From Thermoproteota archaeon (GTDB lineage Archaea; Korarchaeota; Korarchaeia; Korarchaeales; Korarchaeaceae), in assembly GCA_027491915.1 (NCBI GenBank), contig JAOZGC010000002.1:288001-352000 (forward strand): DNA of 64,000 nt, written 5' to 3'. The position numbers were made by a program, and so were the translations under genes. This document shows positions 18,903 through 28,790 of the stretch, one piece after another; positions within the stretch are counted from its first letter, which is position 1, and the number at the start of each line of letters is the position of its first letter. The notes under the pieces were generated by a model. The model made no database searches, was not told where the DNA came from, and saw only the letters and a program-made list of their open reading frames with translations.

Positions 18903-19820
18903 TCAGCCTCCCCCGACCAGCACGCCCGCCTCCACCCCCCCGCCCGGCCTTATGTAGGCGTAGGCCATCCTCGCCGTGGTGTGGGCCAGCCCGATCTCTC
19001 CCTCCCTGTCGAGGACTATCAGGCCGCCCCTCCCGCCGGTCCTCCTGAGCAGGATATCGAGGGCCCCCTCGGCGGCCGCACCCGGGTCCGCCCCGGCCGC
19101 CAGGGCGTCCACCGCGGCCTTGGCCATTAAGACCCTCATTATCCCCTCTCCCCACCCGGTGGACACCGCCGCCCCAACCTCCCCGTCGGCGTAGAGGCCG
19201 GCCCCCACTATCGGGGAGTCTCCCACCCTGCCCACCATTTTGAAGGGGGTTCCCCCCGTGGAGACGGCGGCCGCCAGGTTCCCCGAGTCGTCCAGAGCGG
19301 CGGCCCCCACGGTCCCGCCGGAGAATATGTCGGGCGGACGTCCTCCCCCTCCCGCCCTCTCCCTCTCCCTCTCCCTCCTCCAGCGCTCCAGCTCCCTCTC
19401 GACTATGAGGTCCCCCGGCGCGCACATCTCCAACCCCAACCGCTCGGCGAGCCTCTCGGCCCCCTCGCCGACCAGCATGACGTGCTCCGTCCTCTCCATA
19501 ACGGCCCTGGCCAGGGTAACCGGGTGTCTGACCCTTCTCACCGCCCCGACCGCCCCGGCCTTGAGGTCTCGCCCGTCCATTATCGCGGCGTCCAGCTCCA
19601 CGAACCCCTCCTCGTTGAGGAAGGAACCCACCCCGGCGTCGAACGTCGGGTCATCCTCCATGACCCTGACGGCGGCCTCCACCGCGTCCAGGGCGCTCCC
19701 CCCTCTGGACAACACCTTCCAACCCTCCCTGGCCGCCCTGGAGGTTCCCCTGACGTGATCCTCTACTAGGTCGTCCGGTATGTTCCAGGCCCCACCGTGG
19801 ACTACTATGGCCGTCCTCAA
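18903..19820 (-). CDS. Isoaspartyl peptidase / L-asparaginase (Ntn hydrolase)
   Basis: VHGGAW, ALDAVE.AV..MEDDP.FDAG.GS, GTVGA (nucleophilic Thr), STGG, GRVGDSP, TGWGE. Confidence 0.93.
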   Translation of the reverse strand: MRTAIVVHGGAWNIPDDLVEDHVRGTSRAAREGWKVLSRGGSALDAVEAAVRVMEDDPTFDAGVGSFLNEEGFVELDAAIMDGRDLKAGAVGAVRRVRHPVTLARAVMERTEHVMLVGEGAERLAERLGLEMCAPGDLIVERELERWRRERERERAGGGGRPPDIFSGGTVGAAALDDSGNLAAAVSTGGTPFKMVGRVGDSPIVGAGLYADGEVGAAVSTGWGEGIMRVLMAKAAVDALAAGADPGAAAEGALDILLRRTGGRGGLIVLDREGEIGLAHTTARMAYAYIRPGGGVEAGVLVGGG

Positions 19821-19891
19821 GTCTCCCCCTCGGAGAGGGGGGCGGCCATCGTATAAATCTTTGAACGGATCCGGCCGGCGCGGGGGGGAAC

Positions 19892-20410
19892 TTGGGGCCG
19901 ACGGGCGCAGGGCCTGGATGTAGCGGCGGGCCTCCAGGTAGGTGGGACGCGGCCGTCGGGGTCCTGATCAGGACCGGAGGCCGAGGGAGGCAGATCCTCC
20001 TGGTCAGGAGGGCCGACAGGGAGGGAGACCCATGGTCCGGCCAGGTGGCCCTCCCAGGAGGGATGAGGATGGAGGGCGAGGCCCACCCGGCGGAGACGGC
20101 GGCGAGGGAGGTCCGGGAGGAAGTGGGGATAGATCCGGCCGGATCCGCCCGCCGGTGCGAGGTCCTCCCTCCGGTCAGGTCGAGGGCCGCCGGCCTGGTG
20201 GTGGTCCCGGTACTCATGGAGGGGGACTTCGGGGATCCCTCGCCGGATGGGCGGGAGATATCCGAGGCGGCGTGGATCTCCCTGGAGGACCTAGAACACT
20301 GCTTCGCGTCGATCGGCGGTGCCCAGGTCCCGGCCCTCCGCGCCGGGACCATGGTGGTCTGGGGGCTAACTTATAGGGTGATCCTCCGGGTCCTTGAGAA
20401 GGTCGGCTGA
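19892..20410 (+). CDS. Nudix hydrolase, CoA pyrophosphatase-like
   Basis: R...DPWSGQVALPGG, A.RE..EEVG Nudix box, VWGLTYR. Confidence 0.88.
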   Translation: MGPTGAGPGCSGGPPGRWDAAVGVLIRTGGRGRQILLVRRADREGDPWSGQVALPGGMRMEGEAHPAETAAREVREEVGIDPAGSARRCEVLPPVRSRAAGLVVVPVLMEGDFGDPSPDGREISEAAWISLEDLEHCFASIGGAQVPALRAGTMVVWGLTYRVILRVLEKVG

Positions 20411-22948
20411 TTGGGGGTAGACTCGATGTCAGGCCGCCGCCCGAGATCCGACGACCTGTGGGATGCGTCTTACGTCCTGCTGGTAATTCTGATATCCCTG
20501 CTGGAGTTCAGGGGGATGCTGCCCGACGGCTATCCCCCGGGGGTCGGCGGGGACTCGCTGGGTCACCTGTTCAAGATCTGGGTCGTCCGGGACTACCTCG
20601 GGCGCGGGGACCTCCCGCCGCCCTGGATCAGGTGGTGGGGGGCCGGCTTTCCATTCCTGAGGTTCTACCCCCCGCTGACCTACCTGCTGGCCGGGGCCGC
20701 CGCCCTGATCCTGGGGGGCCCCTCCAGGGGGTACAGGTTCGTCGCCCTGGCGGCCCTCGTGCTCGGCCCCCTGGCGATGGACAGGGCCGCCAGGCCCCTG
20801 CTCAGGTCGGCCGCCGCGTCCCGCGCAGCGGGTCTGATATACGGATTCAGCTCCTGGCACCTCAGGATGATCTCGGCGGAGGGGAACCTCCCCATGTTCC
20901 TAGGCTTCTCGGCCGCCCCGGTGACCCTCCTGGCCGCCGAGAGGATCTTGGAGCCGGGGGCTGATTGGAGGTCCGTGCTGCCCTCCGCGGCCGGGTTCGG
21001 CCTGCTCGTCCTGATTCACCACACCTCCGCCCTCTCAGCCGTCGTCGCCGTCCTCCCCCTGGCGGCCGCCGCGGCTCCGGGCGTCGTCAGGGACGAGGGT
21101 ATCTCGCCGGTCGCCAAGAGGGCCGCGGCCGCCTTGGCAATCGCCTTCGGCGTCTCATCCGTGTGGCTGATTCCCGCGGTCGCGGAGGCCGGCAGGGCCA
21201 GGTTCCTCTCAGTAAGACAGTTCCCCGGCCAGCTCGAGTTCTGGAGCGTCAATCCGGGGGACGTTCTGACCTGGCCCCCCCGGGGGTACAGCCAGCACCT
21301 GGGTGTCGTGCTCTTGGCGGCGCCGGCGGTCGCGGCGGCGGCCGCCAGGCGCAGGGAGGCCATCGTCCTGGCCGCCACCGGATACGCGGCGCTGATCGCA
21401 TCCTTCGGATCCCACGGTCCCCTCGGTTGGCTCTTCCTGGTGGACCCCATATCTTCCTTTCCTCCAATCAGGCTCGTGCCCACCTTCGTCTTCTGCGCCT
21501 CCTTGGCGGCGGTCTACTGGTTCCCGGCGACGGGCGGCGGGTCGCTTCGGCGCGCCAGGCTGGCGGCCCTGGGACTTGCCGCGCTGACCGTCCTCTCCAT
21601 CGCGGAAGCCTATCCCAGGACCGCCGACATGTCCGTCGGCTGGATGCCGCCGGAGGACTACCTCGAGGCCGTGGTGTGGGCGGCGTCCGAGATACCCCCC
21701 TACGCGCGCATATACCAGCCCGGCCTCCCGGCGGTGGAGGGGTCCCTTCCATCCCTCCTCCCCTCCATCGTTCGCAGGCCCATCTTGGGCTCCTGGTATG
21801 CGGAGGCGACCCAGATCAGGTGGGATCTCGTGCTCCTGGATGAGAGGATGAGGCTACCGTCGGAGTCGGCATGGGTCAGGCGGGCCCTCAAGTCCTACGA
21901 CGTCTGGGCGGTCATCCTGAGCGACAGGATACCCCTCCGGGACGAGGTGGCCGAGACCCTGTCCGGCGCCGGATTCTCCGCCGCCTGGAGATCCGGCGAG
22001 TACACGGCGTGGATCGGCAGAGGCCGCCCGGCGGAGGCCGTCAGGGGGAGGGTGCTGGCCATCGGGAAGTCAGCCTGGGTGGTCGATCGGATACTCCAGG
22101 ACGCCTCGGTGGACCGGGGCGGCAGCGACTACCTGGACGACTACGACCCCTCAGAGCTCTCAGGGTATGACCTGGTGGTGCTCTGCGGCTACGGGTACAG
22201 GAACCCGGGGAGGGCCAGGGAGGTGCTGACCTCCTACCTGACGTCCGGGGGGAGGGTGGCCGTGAGCACCTTCGGCAGCCCGGATCAGGACTCCCCGAAC
22301 GTGCTGGGACTGGGATTCAGGTCCAAGACCTTCTCCCTGAACGGGACTGTCGGCGTCTCCGGCACGCTGGCCGGGATCCTCTCCCCTTTCTCCTACGAGG
22401 GCGGCCCTTGGATGGGGCCCCTCTACTCCGGACCGGGGGTAGAGCCGAACTCGTCGATCGGCGGGTGGACCCTGCTCGGCAGGGCGAGGTTCGGCCCCGG
22501 GGAGGTCCTGCTGATAGGGGGGAACCTGCTCTACCACGCCGTCTACAGCGGGAACGGGGACGAGGCGGCGGCGCTGGCGAACTTCATGCTCCCGCCGCCC
22601 CCCGAAGTCGAGGTCTCCGTCTCGCGGTGGGGGGACGGAGAGATCTCCCTCAGGGTCTCCTCACCCCGGGAGACCGCGATCCTGATATCCGAGGCCTGGT
22701 ATCCCAGGTGGGAGGCCCAGGTCGACGGCTCCCCAGTCCCAACCTGGGAGGACGGCCGGACGGGGCTGACCTGCGTCAGGATCCCTCCCGGGGTCAGCGA
22801 GGTGAACCTATCTTTCGCCGAGCCCTGGAGGCCCCTGTACCCGGCCAGCGCGGCCTCCGCGGCGGCCGCCCTCCTGGCGCCGCTCACCGCCGGAGGGAGA
22901 GGAGGATCAGGAGGCGGGCGTAGGAGAGGACGGTCCGCCAGACCCTGA
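20411..22948 (+). CDS. Multi-pass membrane protein of the 6-pyruvoyl-tetrahydropterin-synthase-related / YfhO-like GT-C family
   Basis: D..GH..K, W..W..G.P...FYPPL.Y, many TM segments, C-terminal SEAWYPRW.A.VDG motif. Confidence 0.75.
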   Translation: MGVDSMSGRRPRSDDLWDASYVLLVILISLLEFRGMLPDGYPPGVGGDSLGHLFKIWVVRDYLGRGDLPPPWIRWWGAGFPFLRFYPPLTYLLAGAAALILGGPSRGYRFVALAALVLGPLAMDRAARPLLRSAAASRAAGLIYGFSSWHLRMISAEGNLPMFLGFSAAPVTLLAAERILEPGADWRSVLPSAAGFGLLVLIHHTSALSAVVAVLPLAAAAAPGVVRDEGISPVAKRAAAALAIAFGVSSVWLIPAVAEAGRARFLSVRQFPGQLEFWSVNPGDVLTWPPRGYSQHLGVVLLAAPAVAAAAARRREAIVLAATGYAALIASFGSHGPLGWLFLVDPISSFPPIRLVPTFVFCASLAAVYWFPATGGGSLRRARLAALGLAALTVLSIAEAYPRTADMSVGWMPPEDYLEAVVWAASEIPPYARIYQPGLPAVEGSLPSLLPSIVRRPILGSWYAEATQIRWDLVLLDERMRLPSESAWVRRALKSYDVWAVILSDRIPLRDEVAETLSGAGFSAAWRSGEYTAWIGRGRPAEAVRGRVLAIGKSAWVVDRILQDASVDRGGSDYLDDYDPSELSGYDLVVLCGYGYRNPGRAREVLTSYLTSGGRVAVSTFGSPDQDSPNVLGLGFRSKTFSLNGTVGVSGTLAGILSPFSYEGGPWMGPLYSGPGVEPNSSIGGWTLLGRARFGPGEVLLIGGNLLYHAVYSGNGDEAAALANFMLPPPPEVEVSVSRWGDGEISLRVSSPRETAILISEAWYPRWEAQVDGSPVPTWEDGRTGLTCVRIPPGVSEVNLSFAEPWRPLYPASAASAAAALLAPLTAGGRGGSGGGRRRGRSARP

Positions 22949-23597
22949 GCTTGCTCTTTCCCCTCTTCCTCTCGTAGTGCACCACCGCGGGGACCTCAAT
23001 CACCCTGCACCCGGCCCTGGAGAGCCTCGCCAGGATCTCAAGCTGGATCTCAAAGCCGCGCGACTCCGGGAAGTCTTCCTGGGACATCAGCAGCCTGACG
23101 CACCCGGCCCTGTAGCACCTGTACCCGCTCGACACGTCCCTGACCTCCAGCCCTAGGATCGCCCTGGCCAGGTGGGAGAGGCCCCGGCTGAGCGCCCTCC
23201 TGAGCGCCGGGACCCCCACCTGCCCTCCCCCCCGAACGTACCTGGACGCGATCGCCACGTCGGCCCCTCCCAGGCAGGCCTCGGCCAGCCCGGGGATCAG
23301 TCCCGGGTCGTGGGTTCCGTCGGCGTCCATGGTCACCAGCAGGTCGTCTTCCGCCGAGTTGTCCGCGGCCCACCCGAATAGCGTCAGGAGGGCGTCCCTC
23401 AGCCCGAGGTTCCTCGGGTGCCTGAGGACCACTATCCCCCACCGACGGGCGGCCTCCTCCAGTATGCCCGGGGTCCCGTCCTCGCTCCCGTCGTCGACCG
23501 CCACGACCGACACCCCCGGGCCGAGGGACCTTATCGCCCTCAGGAGGTCGGGTAGATTCTCCTCCTCATTGTAGCAGGGCAGCAGGACGAATATCAT
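22884..23597 (-). CDS. GT2 glycosyltransferase, polyprenol-phosphate sugar synthase-like
   Basis: LPCYNEEENL, VDDGS.DGT, H..NLG, MDADGTH.P, SRY..GG, D..SG.R.Y. The ATG at 23597 overlaps the upstream stop; the ORF-track N-terminal extension is spurious. Confidence 0.9.
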   Translation of the reverse strand: MIFVLLPCYNEEENLPDLLRAIRSLGPGVSVVAVDDGSEDGTPGILEEAARRWGIVVLRHPRNLGLRDALLTLFGWAADNSAEDDLLVTMDADGTHDPGLIPGLAEACLGGADVAIASRYVRGGGQVGVPALRRALSRGLSHLARAILGLEVRDVSSGYRCYRAGCVRLLMSQEDFPESRGFEIQLEILARLSRAGCRVIEVPAVVHYERKRGKSKLRVWRTVLSYARLLILLSLRR

Positions 23598-24535
23598 CTC
23601 CGGCGAACCTCCCTCCCCCGGCCGAGCAGAGCCCCCACGCCCACGGAGGAGCCGGCCAGCTCCGCCGCCCTGTCCAGGAGCAGGCTGCCCAGGGCCGCGT
23701 CCGGCGGGACCCCCAGCTCGGTCAGCAGGCCGACCCCGGCCGCCTCCACCACCCCCAGCCCGGCAGCCGACACCGGCAGGAAGGCGAAGGTGTAGACCAG
23801 GGGGTGGAGGAGGAAGAACGCCTCCGGCGGGGCGGAGGCCCCGGCCGCCAGGGCGGCGAAGAACCACCTGGTCGAGGTCAGCACCCAGGAGGCGGCCGTC
23901 AGGGCCGCCGCTGGCGGGAGGGCCCCGGCCGTCTCCCCCATGGCCTCTCCCACCCCCTCCAGCCACGCCCACAGGGACCTCGGCCTGCCGGAGGTGATCC
24001 TCCTGAGGGTCGACCTGATCCTACCGGAGGCCGCGGAGGCCAGGCCCGCCGCCATGGCGAAGGAGATCAGGGCCCCCACCACCGCCGACGAGGATCCCCT
24101 CCCCGCGAGGCCGAGGTACGCCGAGGCCGCCGCCAGGACGGCCGACCTCAGGGCGAAGTCCACAGACTGGGCCGCGAACACCGCCCCGGCCACGGCATCC
24201 CTGTCCGCCCCGTCGGCCGCGAGCGGTATGACCACCAGGTACCCGGCCCTCGCCGGGGTGACCGCCCCGGCCAGGTACCCGGCCAGGTGGGGGAGGAGCA
24301 CCGACCTGAATGGGGCCCTCCCGCCGGTCAGGATCGCCAGCCTGAGCCCGGTGACCGACGCGGCCGCCAGGTGGCAGATCACGGCCGCCAGGAAGGGGAG
24401 GGGGTCGGCCCCCTCGATCCTCCCCACAACGCGGCCGGCCCCGGCCCACCAGACCACTGCGGCCAGGGCGGACAGGCCCACCGCCAGCGAGGCGACCCTC
24501 CCGACGACGTCCGACCTCCCCCACCTCGGGGACAT
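23594..24535 (-). CDS. Flippase-like membrane protein (UPF0104 family)
   Basis: TPARAG motif, LP.S.AGLGVVEA, hydrophobic profile; start placed at MSPRW. Confidence 0.72.
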   Translation of the reverse strand: MSPRWGRSDVVGRVASLAVGLSALAAVVWWAGAGRVVGRIEGADPLPFLAAVICHLAAASVTGLRLAILTGGRAPFRSVLLPHLAGYLAGAVTPARAGYLVVIPLAADGADRDAVAGAVFAAQSVDFALRSAVLAAASAYLGLAGRGSSSAVVGALISFAMAAGLASAASGRIRSTLRRITSGRPRSLWAWLEGVGEAMGETAGALPPAAALTAASWVLTSTRWFFAALAAGASAPPEAFFLLHPLVYTFAFLPVSAAGLGVVEAAGVGLLTELGVPPDAALGSLLLDRAAELAGSSVGVGALLGRGREVRRR

Positions 24536-24588
24536 CCCGCCTCTCCCTCCCCCCACCCTTATTAACGTCCGCCGGGGATCCACATCAA

Positions 24589-25740
24589 TTGATGATATCC
24601 CACCAGCTGCTCCGGGTGGCCTTGCTGATATCCTCCAGGGACTTCAGGACCAGGAAGTTCAGGACAACCCTGACCCTGCTGGGGGTGGCCGTGGGCATAG
24701 GGACCATGGTGGCCCTGACCTCCGTGGCCATGGGGATAAGGGATCAGGCCGTCGGGATCCTGACCGAGACGACCGACTTCATGGTCACCCCAAAGGGGGC
24801 CTCGGAGTTCCAGGCCGAGATACCGGAGTCCCTGGCCACCCAGCTCAAGCTCTACCCCGAGGTGGAGGAGGTCGGCCCGGTCCTCTCCCAGATGGTCTTC
24901 ATAGAGGGCCAGCCCGGGTGGGCCATGGGGGTCACCGAGGAGACCGGCGGGGTGGTCGGGGTCACGCTGGAGGAGGGAAGGGACATAGAGAACCCGTCGG
25001 AGGAGGTCCTCGTCGGGCGCAGCATGGCCGACCAGCTGGGACTGAGCCTGGGGGACAACATAAGGATCAGCCCGTCGATGAACGAGCCCGGTAAGGTGTA
25101 CAGGGTCGTTGGGATCCTGCAGAACACGGGCAGCGTCGTCGACATGGGGTGCTACGTCGACTTGAGGGAGCTGCAGAGGATGATGGGAATGGAGGGGAGG
25201 CTATCCATGATATTCGTCAGGCTCACGGACCCCAGGCTCGGCGATAGGTTCAGGGAGCAGGTGGAATCCAGGTACCCGTGGCTGGAGGTCATAGAGCCCA
25301 AGCAGATAGCCAAGAACGTCGGCAGGGTGCTGGACATGATGAACAGCGTCCTGTTCTCGATAGGCTCTATATCCCTCCTGGTGGGAGCCCTGGGAGTCAT
25401 GAACACCACCATGGTCTCCGTCCTCGAGAAGACCAGGGAGATAGGGATCATGAAGGCCGTCGGCGCCAGGAGGTCCCACGTCCTCTTCATATTCCTGGTC
25501 GAGTCTGTCATGGTCGGGGCGGCCGGCGGCGCGGTGGGCGTGGTCCTTGGGGTCGGCCTGGCCAAGGCCGCCAGCGAGCTGATACCGAGGATGATAGGAA
25601 TACCGGCGCCGGTCAAGCTGACCCCCCTCCTGCTGGCCGGTCCCGTTGGCCTGGCGGCCCTCCTCGGCCTCGCGGCCGGCGCGTATCCCGCCTGGAAGGG
25701 GGCGAGCGTGAGGCCGCTGGAGGCGATAAGGTATGAGTGA
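24589..25740 (+). CDS. MacB/FtsX-like ABC transporter permease
   Basis: RT.LTLLGVA.G, large extracellular loop, SLLVGALGVMNT..VSV.E.TREIG.MKAVGA, YPA.K.A...P.EAIRYE. Confidence 0.92.
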   Translation: MMISHQLLRVALLISSRDFRTRKFRTTLTLLGVAVGIGTMVALTSVAMGIRDQAVGILTETTDFMVTPKGASEFQAEIPESLATQLKLYPEVEEVGPVLSQMVFIEGQPGWAMGVTEETGGVVGVTLEEGRDIENPSEEVLVGRSMADQLGLSLGDNIRISPSMNEPGKVYRVVGILQNTGSVVDMGCYVDLRELQRMMGMEGRLSMIFVRLTDPRLGDRFREQVESRYPWLEVIEPKQIAKNVGRVLDMMNSVLFSIGSISLLVGALGVMNTTMVSVLEKTREIGIMKAVGARRSHVLFIFLVESVMVGAAGGAVGVVLGVGLAKAASELIPRMIGIPAPVKLTPLLLAGPVGLAALLGLAAGAYPAWKGASVRPLEAIRYE

Positions 25741-26608
25741 TCCGCCGGCCATAGAGCTCAGGGACGTCCGCGTCGTCTACAGGATGGGCCAGACGGAGAT
25801 TCAAGCCCTGGGCGGCGTGTCGCTCGCGATTGACAGGGGGGAATTCGTATCCGTGGTCGGGCCCTCCGGCAGCGGGAAGAGCACCCTGCTGAGCGTCATG
25901 GGGTGCCTCATGAGGCCCACCTCGGGCAGGGTGATTATAGACGGGGAGGACGTGACCGACCTGCCGGAATCGAGGCTCGCCGTCGTCAGGGCCAGGAAGA
26001 TAGGGTTCATCTTCCAGTTCTTCAACCTGATCTCGACGTTGACCGCCCTGGAGAACGTAATGCTTCCGATGATATTCGCCGGGGAGACCGACGAGGTGGA
26101 GATGAGGCACCGCGCGCTGGAGCTGCTCGACCTGGTCGGGCTGGCTGACAGGGCCGATCACCGCCCGGCCGAGCTATCCGGCGGTCAGCAGCAGAGGGTG
26201 GCCATAGCCCGGGCCCTGGCCAACGACCCGGCCATAATCCTGGCGGACGAGCCCACGGGGAACCTCGACTCTAAGACGAGCGCCGAGGTCATGGACCTGG
26301 TGGAGGACCTCAACGAGAGGCTCGGAAAGACCTTCGTCATAGTGACCCACGATCCCAAGGTTGCCGAGAGGGCCAGGAGGAGGATCTACATGCTCGACGG
26401 CATGGTCTACGACAGCCCCCCGAATAGGCTATCCACGGCGAGGTCCAGCGGGAGCGGGGTGGATCTCCGCGCCATCCTGGCCGAGCTGGAGGAGACCAGG
26501 CTGGCCCTGGAATCAGTGAGCCCCGACGACCCGATCTCCGACCTCAGGGAAAAGGTAATTACGCTGAGGATGAGGCTCTCTAGGATAAGGAGGCGCCTAC
26601 ACAGTTGA
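25733..26608 (+). CDS. ABC ATP-binding protein (LolD/MacB type) with C-terminal helical extension
   Basis: GPSGSGKST, GFIFQFFNL, LSGGQQQRVAIARAL, LADEPTGNLD, VTHD. Confidence 0.95.
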   Translation: MSDPPAIELRDVRVVYRMGQTEIQALGGVSLAIDRGEFVSVVGPSGSGKSTLLSVMGCLMRPTSGRVIIDGEDVTDLPESRLAVVRARKIGFIFQFFNLISTLTALENVMLPMIFAGETDEVEMRHRALELLDLVGLADRADHRPAELSGGQQQRVAIARALANDPAIILADEPTGNLDSKTSAEVMDLVEDLNERLGKTFVIVTHDPKVAERARRRIYMLDGMVYDSPPNRLSTARSSGSGVDLRAILAELEETRLALESVSPDDPISDLREKVITLRMRLSRIRRRLHS

Positions 26609-28785
26609 CGCCCAGCAGGAGGGCGCTCGCCCTGGCCGCGGCCGTCCTGATCGTCGGGGTCCGGACCGCGGCGGCCCAGCCGACCGGGACCAAGGAGGAG
26701 ACCGTGTACTACGAGATCCTCTGGAACGGCTCGGTGTCCGGGGGAGACGCGGAGGTCTCCCTGAGGTTGAGCAACCCCGGGGAGTCGAACGAGACCGTCT
26801 CGGTGTGCGACCGGCTGTGGTTCGGAGACGCCCGGGACGTGAGGCCGCTGCTCGGCTCCCGACCTCCGGATCTGACATTCGAGATCCCCGGGGGGTACTC
26901 TCTGTGCTGGCGCTCGATCCCCGTGGGCGCCGGGGGCGAGGTGGAGATAAGGTACGGGGCGAGGACGAACCTCAGCCTGCCCGCCGAGGTGTCCATCTCC
27001 ATCCTGATCAACGGCGAGCCCGCCGACCCCGAGGTGGTCGAGGGCCGCCCCTACCTGCCCGTCAGCCCGGGGGACGAGATAGAGGTGAGCGTGACCCTCT
27101 TGAACACCCTGCCGCGGCGGACCACCGATCTGGGGGTCGGGCGCCCGCCCCTGGGGTACAACCTCCAGCTGTCCATAAAGAGGGACTCCTTCACCGAGCC
27201 GGACTCCGACCCGGCGCCGGCCATGGTCCTCCCGTCCGGAGACAGCTGGATACTGAGCTGGTTCGGGGTCCTATGGGACGATCCAGAGACGATCTCCATG
27301 AGGTTCAGACTGAGGCCCTCGGTTCCCCTCGGGGTGGAGGACTTCCCGGATCTGACGGTCCAGCTCTCCACGGACACGTCCTCCGTGGCCGACCAGCTCG
27401 AGGAGGCGGCGGAGAGGTACAACGAGTCCCTCCGACTCCTGCTGAACATGAGCGATAGGCTCCAAGAAATGAGGGATTCCCTCTTCTGGCTTGCCTCCGG
27501 TCTGGAAGGAGCCAGAAGGGCCTTGACGGACTCCCGAAGCGGGCTGAGGGAGCTGGCAGACGGGCTCAGGCGGGCCGCCGTCGGTGAGGAGAGGGCGGCC
27601 GACGAGGTGGGTCGGGTCCGGGGGTACCTGGCCGACGTGCTGGACAGGATGGACTCCCTGGGGTCGACGGTCGACAGGGTGATCGAGGCCAATCGAGACC
27701 TCCTCTCCAAGCTCAAGGACCTCCTCTCCCAGTTTAACCTGTCCATAACCCTGCCCGGCGGCGGGATATCCGACCTGATCTCGTCGATGCGCTCCCAGCT
27801 GTCCGCCGCCAGGGGGAGGGCTGCCGCCACCATCTCCACCCTGGCCCGGATGGAGTCAACTCTGAGGAACGCCTCCGTCTCCCTGTCCGAGGCCGCGGAG
27901 GCGGCGGAGGCCGCCTTAGACAATCTAACGATATTGGACTCATCCCTCGAGTCGGCGGCCTCCGCCGCGAGATACGGAGCCTCGATCTCGGACGAGGCGA
28001 TCTCCAACATGACCGAGAGGATGGAAGACCTGAACTCCACCCTGTCGGACCTGAGGCTCAGGTCAGAGCTGGCGAGGCTGGGCGTCCCGTTCCTCGGCCC
28101 GGCCGAGGTGGACCCCCCAGATCCCGGGGTGGTGGAGGTCGTCCCGCGGCTCTCCAGGGAGGGTGGGTCGTGGGTCGTGGCCGACCTGATTCTTCCCAAC
28201 TCCACCGTGCCCGGGGGGGTGCTCTCCTCCCTGTCCATCCTCTCCGGTGATGGTGGAGGGATGTACCTGCAGGCCAACTGCTCCGGCTCCTGGACCCTGG
28301 CCGAGTTCCCGCCGTGGTGGAGCTCCCCCGGCGAGCTGATAGTCATTCCCCTGTGGAACCTGAGCGGCGCGGGCGGGGGGCTGCTGGGGGCCAGGGGATA
28401 CAGGGTGCTGATCCCCTCTTCAACCAGACCCTCCGTCAGGATCGAGGCCGATCTCGTCCGAGGACGCCCCATGGAGGTCAGGACGAGGATGGTCGTGTCG
28501 GTGGATTCCCCGGACCTGGCGGTCGGCCTGAACCTGTCCGAGCCGAAGCCCCCCGCCGCGGCCGCGGCGGAGGGGGACCGCGATGGGGAGGTGGAGGGGG
28601 GCCCCTCGGCCCCGGTTCTCCTCCTGACCTCCCTGGCCGCGGCTGGGGTCGCCGCGCTGGGTTACCGGAGGATCAGGGCGGGCAGGGAGAGGGAGAGGAC
28701 GAGGCTCCTGTCGGAACTCGAGAGGCTCAGGGTGGAGGTTGACCTGTTGATTGAGGAGGTCAGGGAGAAGCTGGGCGAGGGGTGA
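26605..28785 (+). CDS. Large secreted, membrane-anchored hypothetical protein with a central coiled coil
   Basis: Signal peptide, beta-rich N- and C-domains with many NxS/T sequons, heptad region of about 220 aa, C-terminal TM followed by a charged helix. Confidence 0.7.
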   Translation: MTPSRRALALAAAVLIVGVRTAAAQPTGTKEETVYYEILWNGSVSGGDAEVSLRLSNPGESNETVSVCDRLWFGDARDVRPLLGSRPPDLTFEIPGGYSLCWRSIPVGAGGEVEIRYGARTNLSLPAEVSISILINGEPADPEVVEGRPYLPVSPGDEIEVSVTLLNTLPRRTTDLGVGRPPLGYNLQLSIKRDSFTEPDSDPAPAMVLPSGDSWILSWFGVLWDDPETISMRFRLRPSVPLGVEDFPDLTVQLSTDTSSVADQLEEAAERYNESLRLLLNMSDRLQEMRDSLFWLASGLEGARRALTDSRSGLRELADGLRRAAVGEERAADEVGRVRGYLADVLDRMDSLGSTVDRVIEANRDLLSKLKDLLSQFNLSITLPGGGISDLISSMRSQLSAARGRAAATISTLARMESTLRNASVSLSEAAEAAEAALDNLTILDSSLESAASAARYGASISDEAISNMTERMEDLNSTLSDLRLRSELARLGVPFLGPAEVDPPDPGVVEVVPRLSREGGSWVVADLILPNSTVPGGVLSSLSILSGDGGGMYLQANCSGSWTLAEFPPWWSSPGELIVIPLWNLSGAGGGLLGARGYRVLIPSSTRPSVRIEADLVRGRPMEVRTRMVVSVDSPDLAVGLNLSEPKPPAAAAAEGDRDGEVEGGPSAPVLLLTSLAAAGVAALGYRRIRAGRERERTRLLSELERLRVEVDLLIEEVREKLGEG

Positions 28786-28790
28786 GGGGA

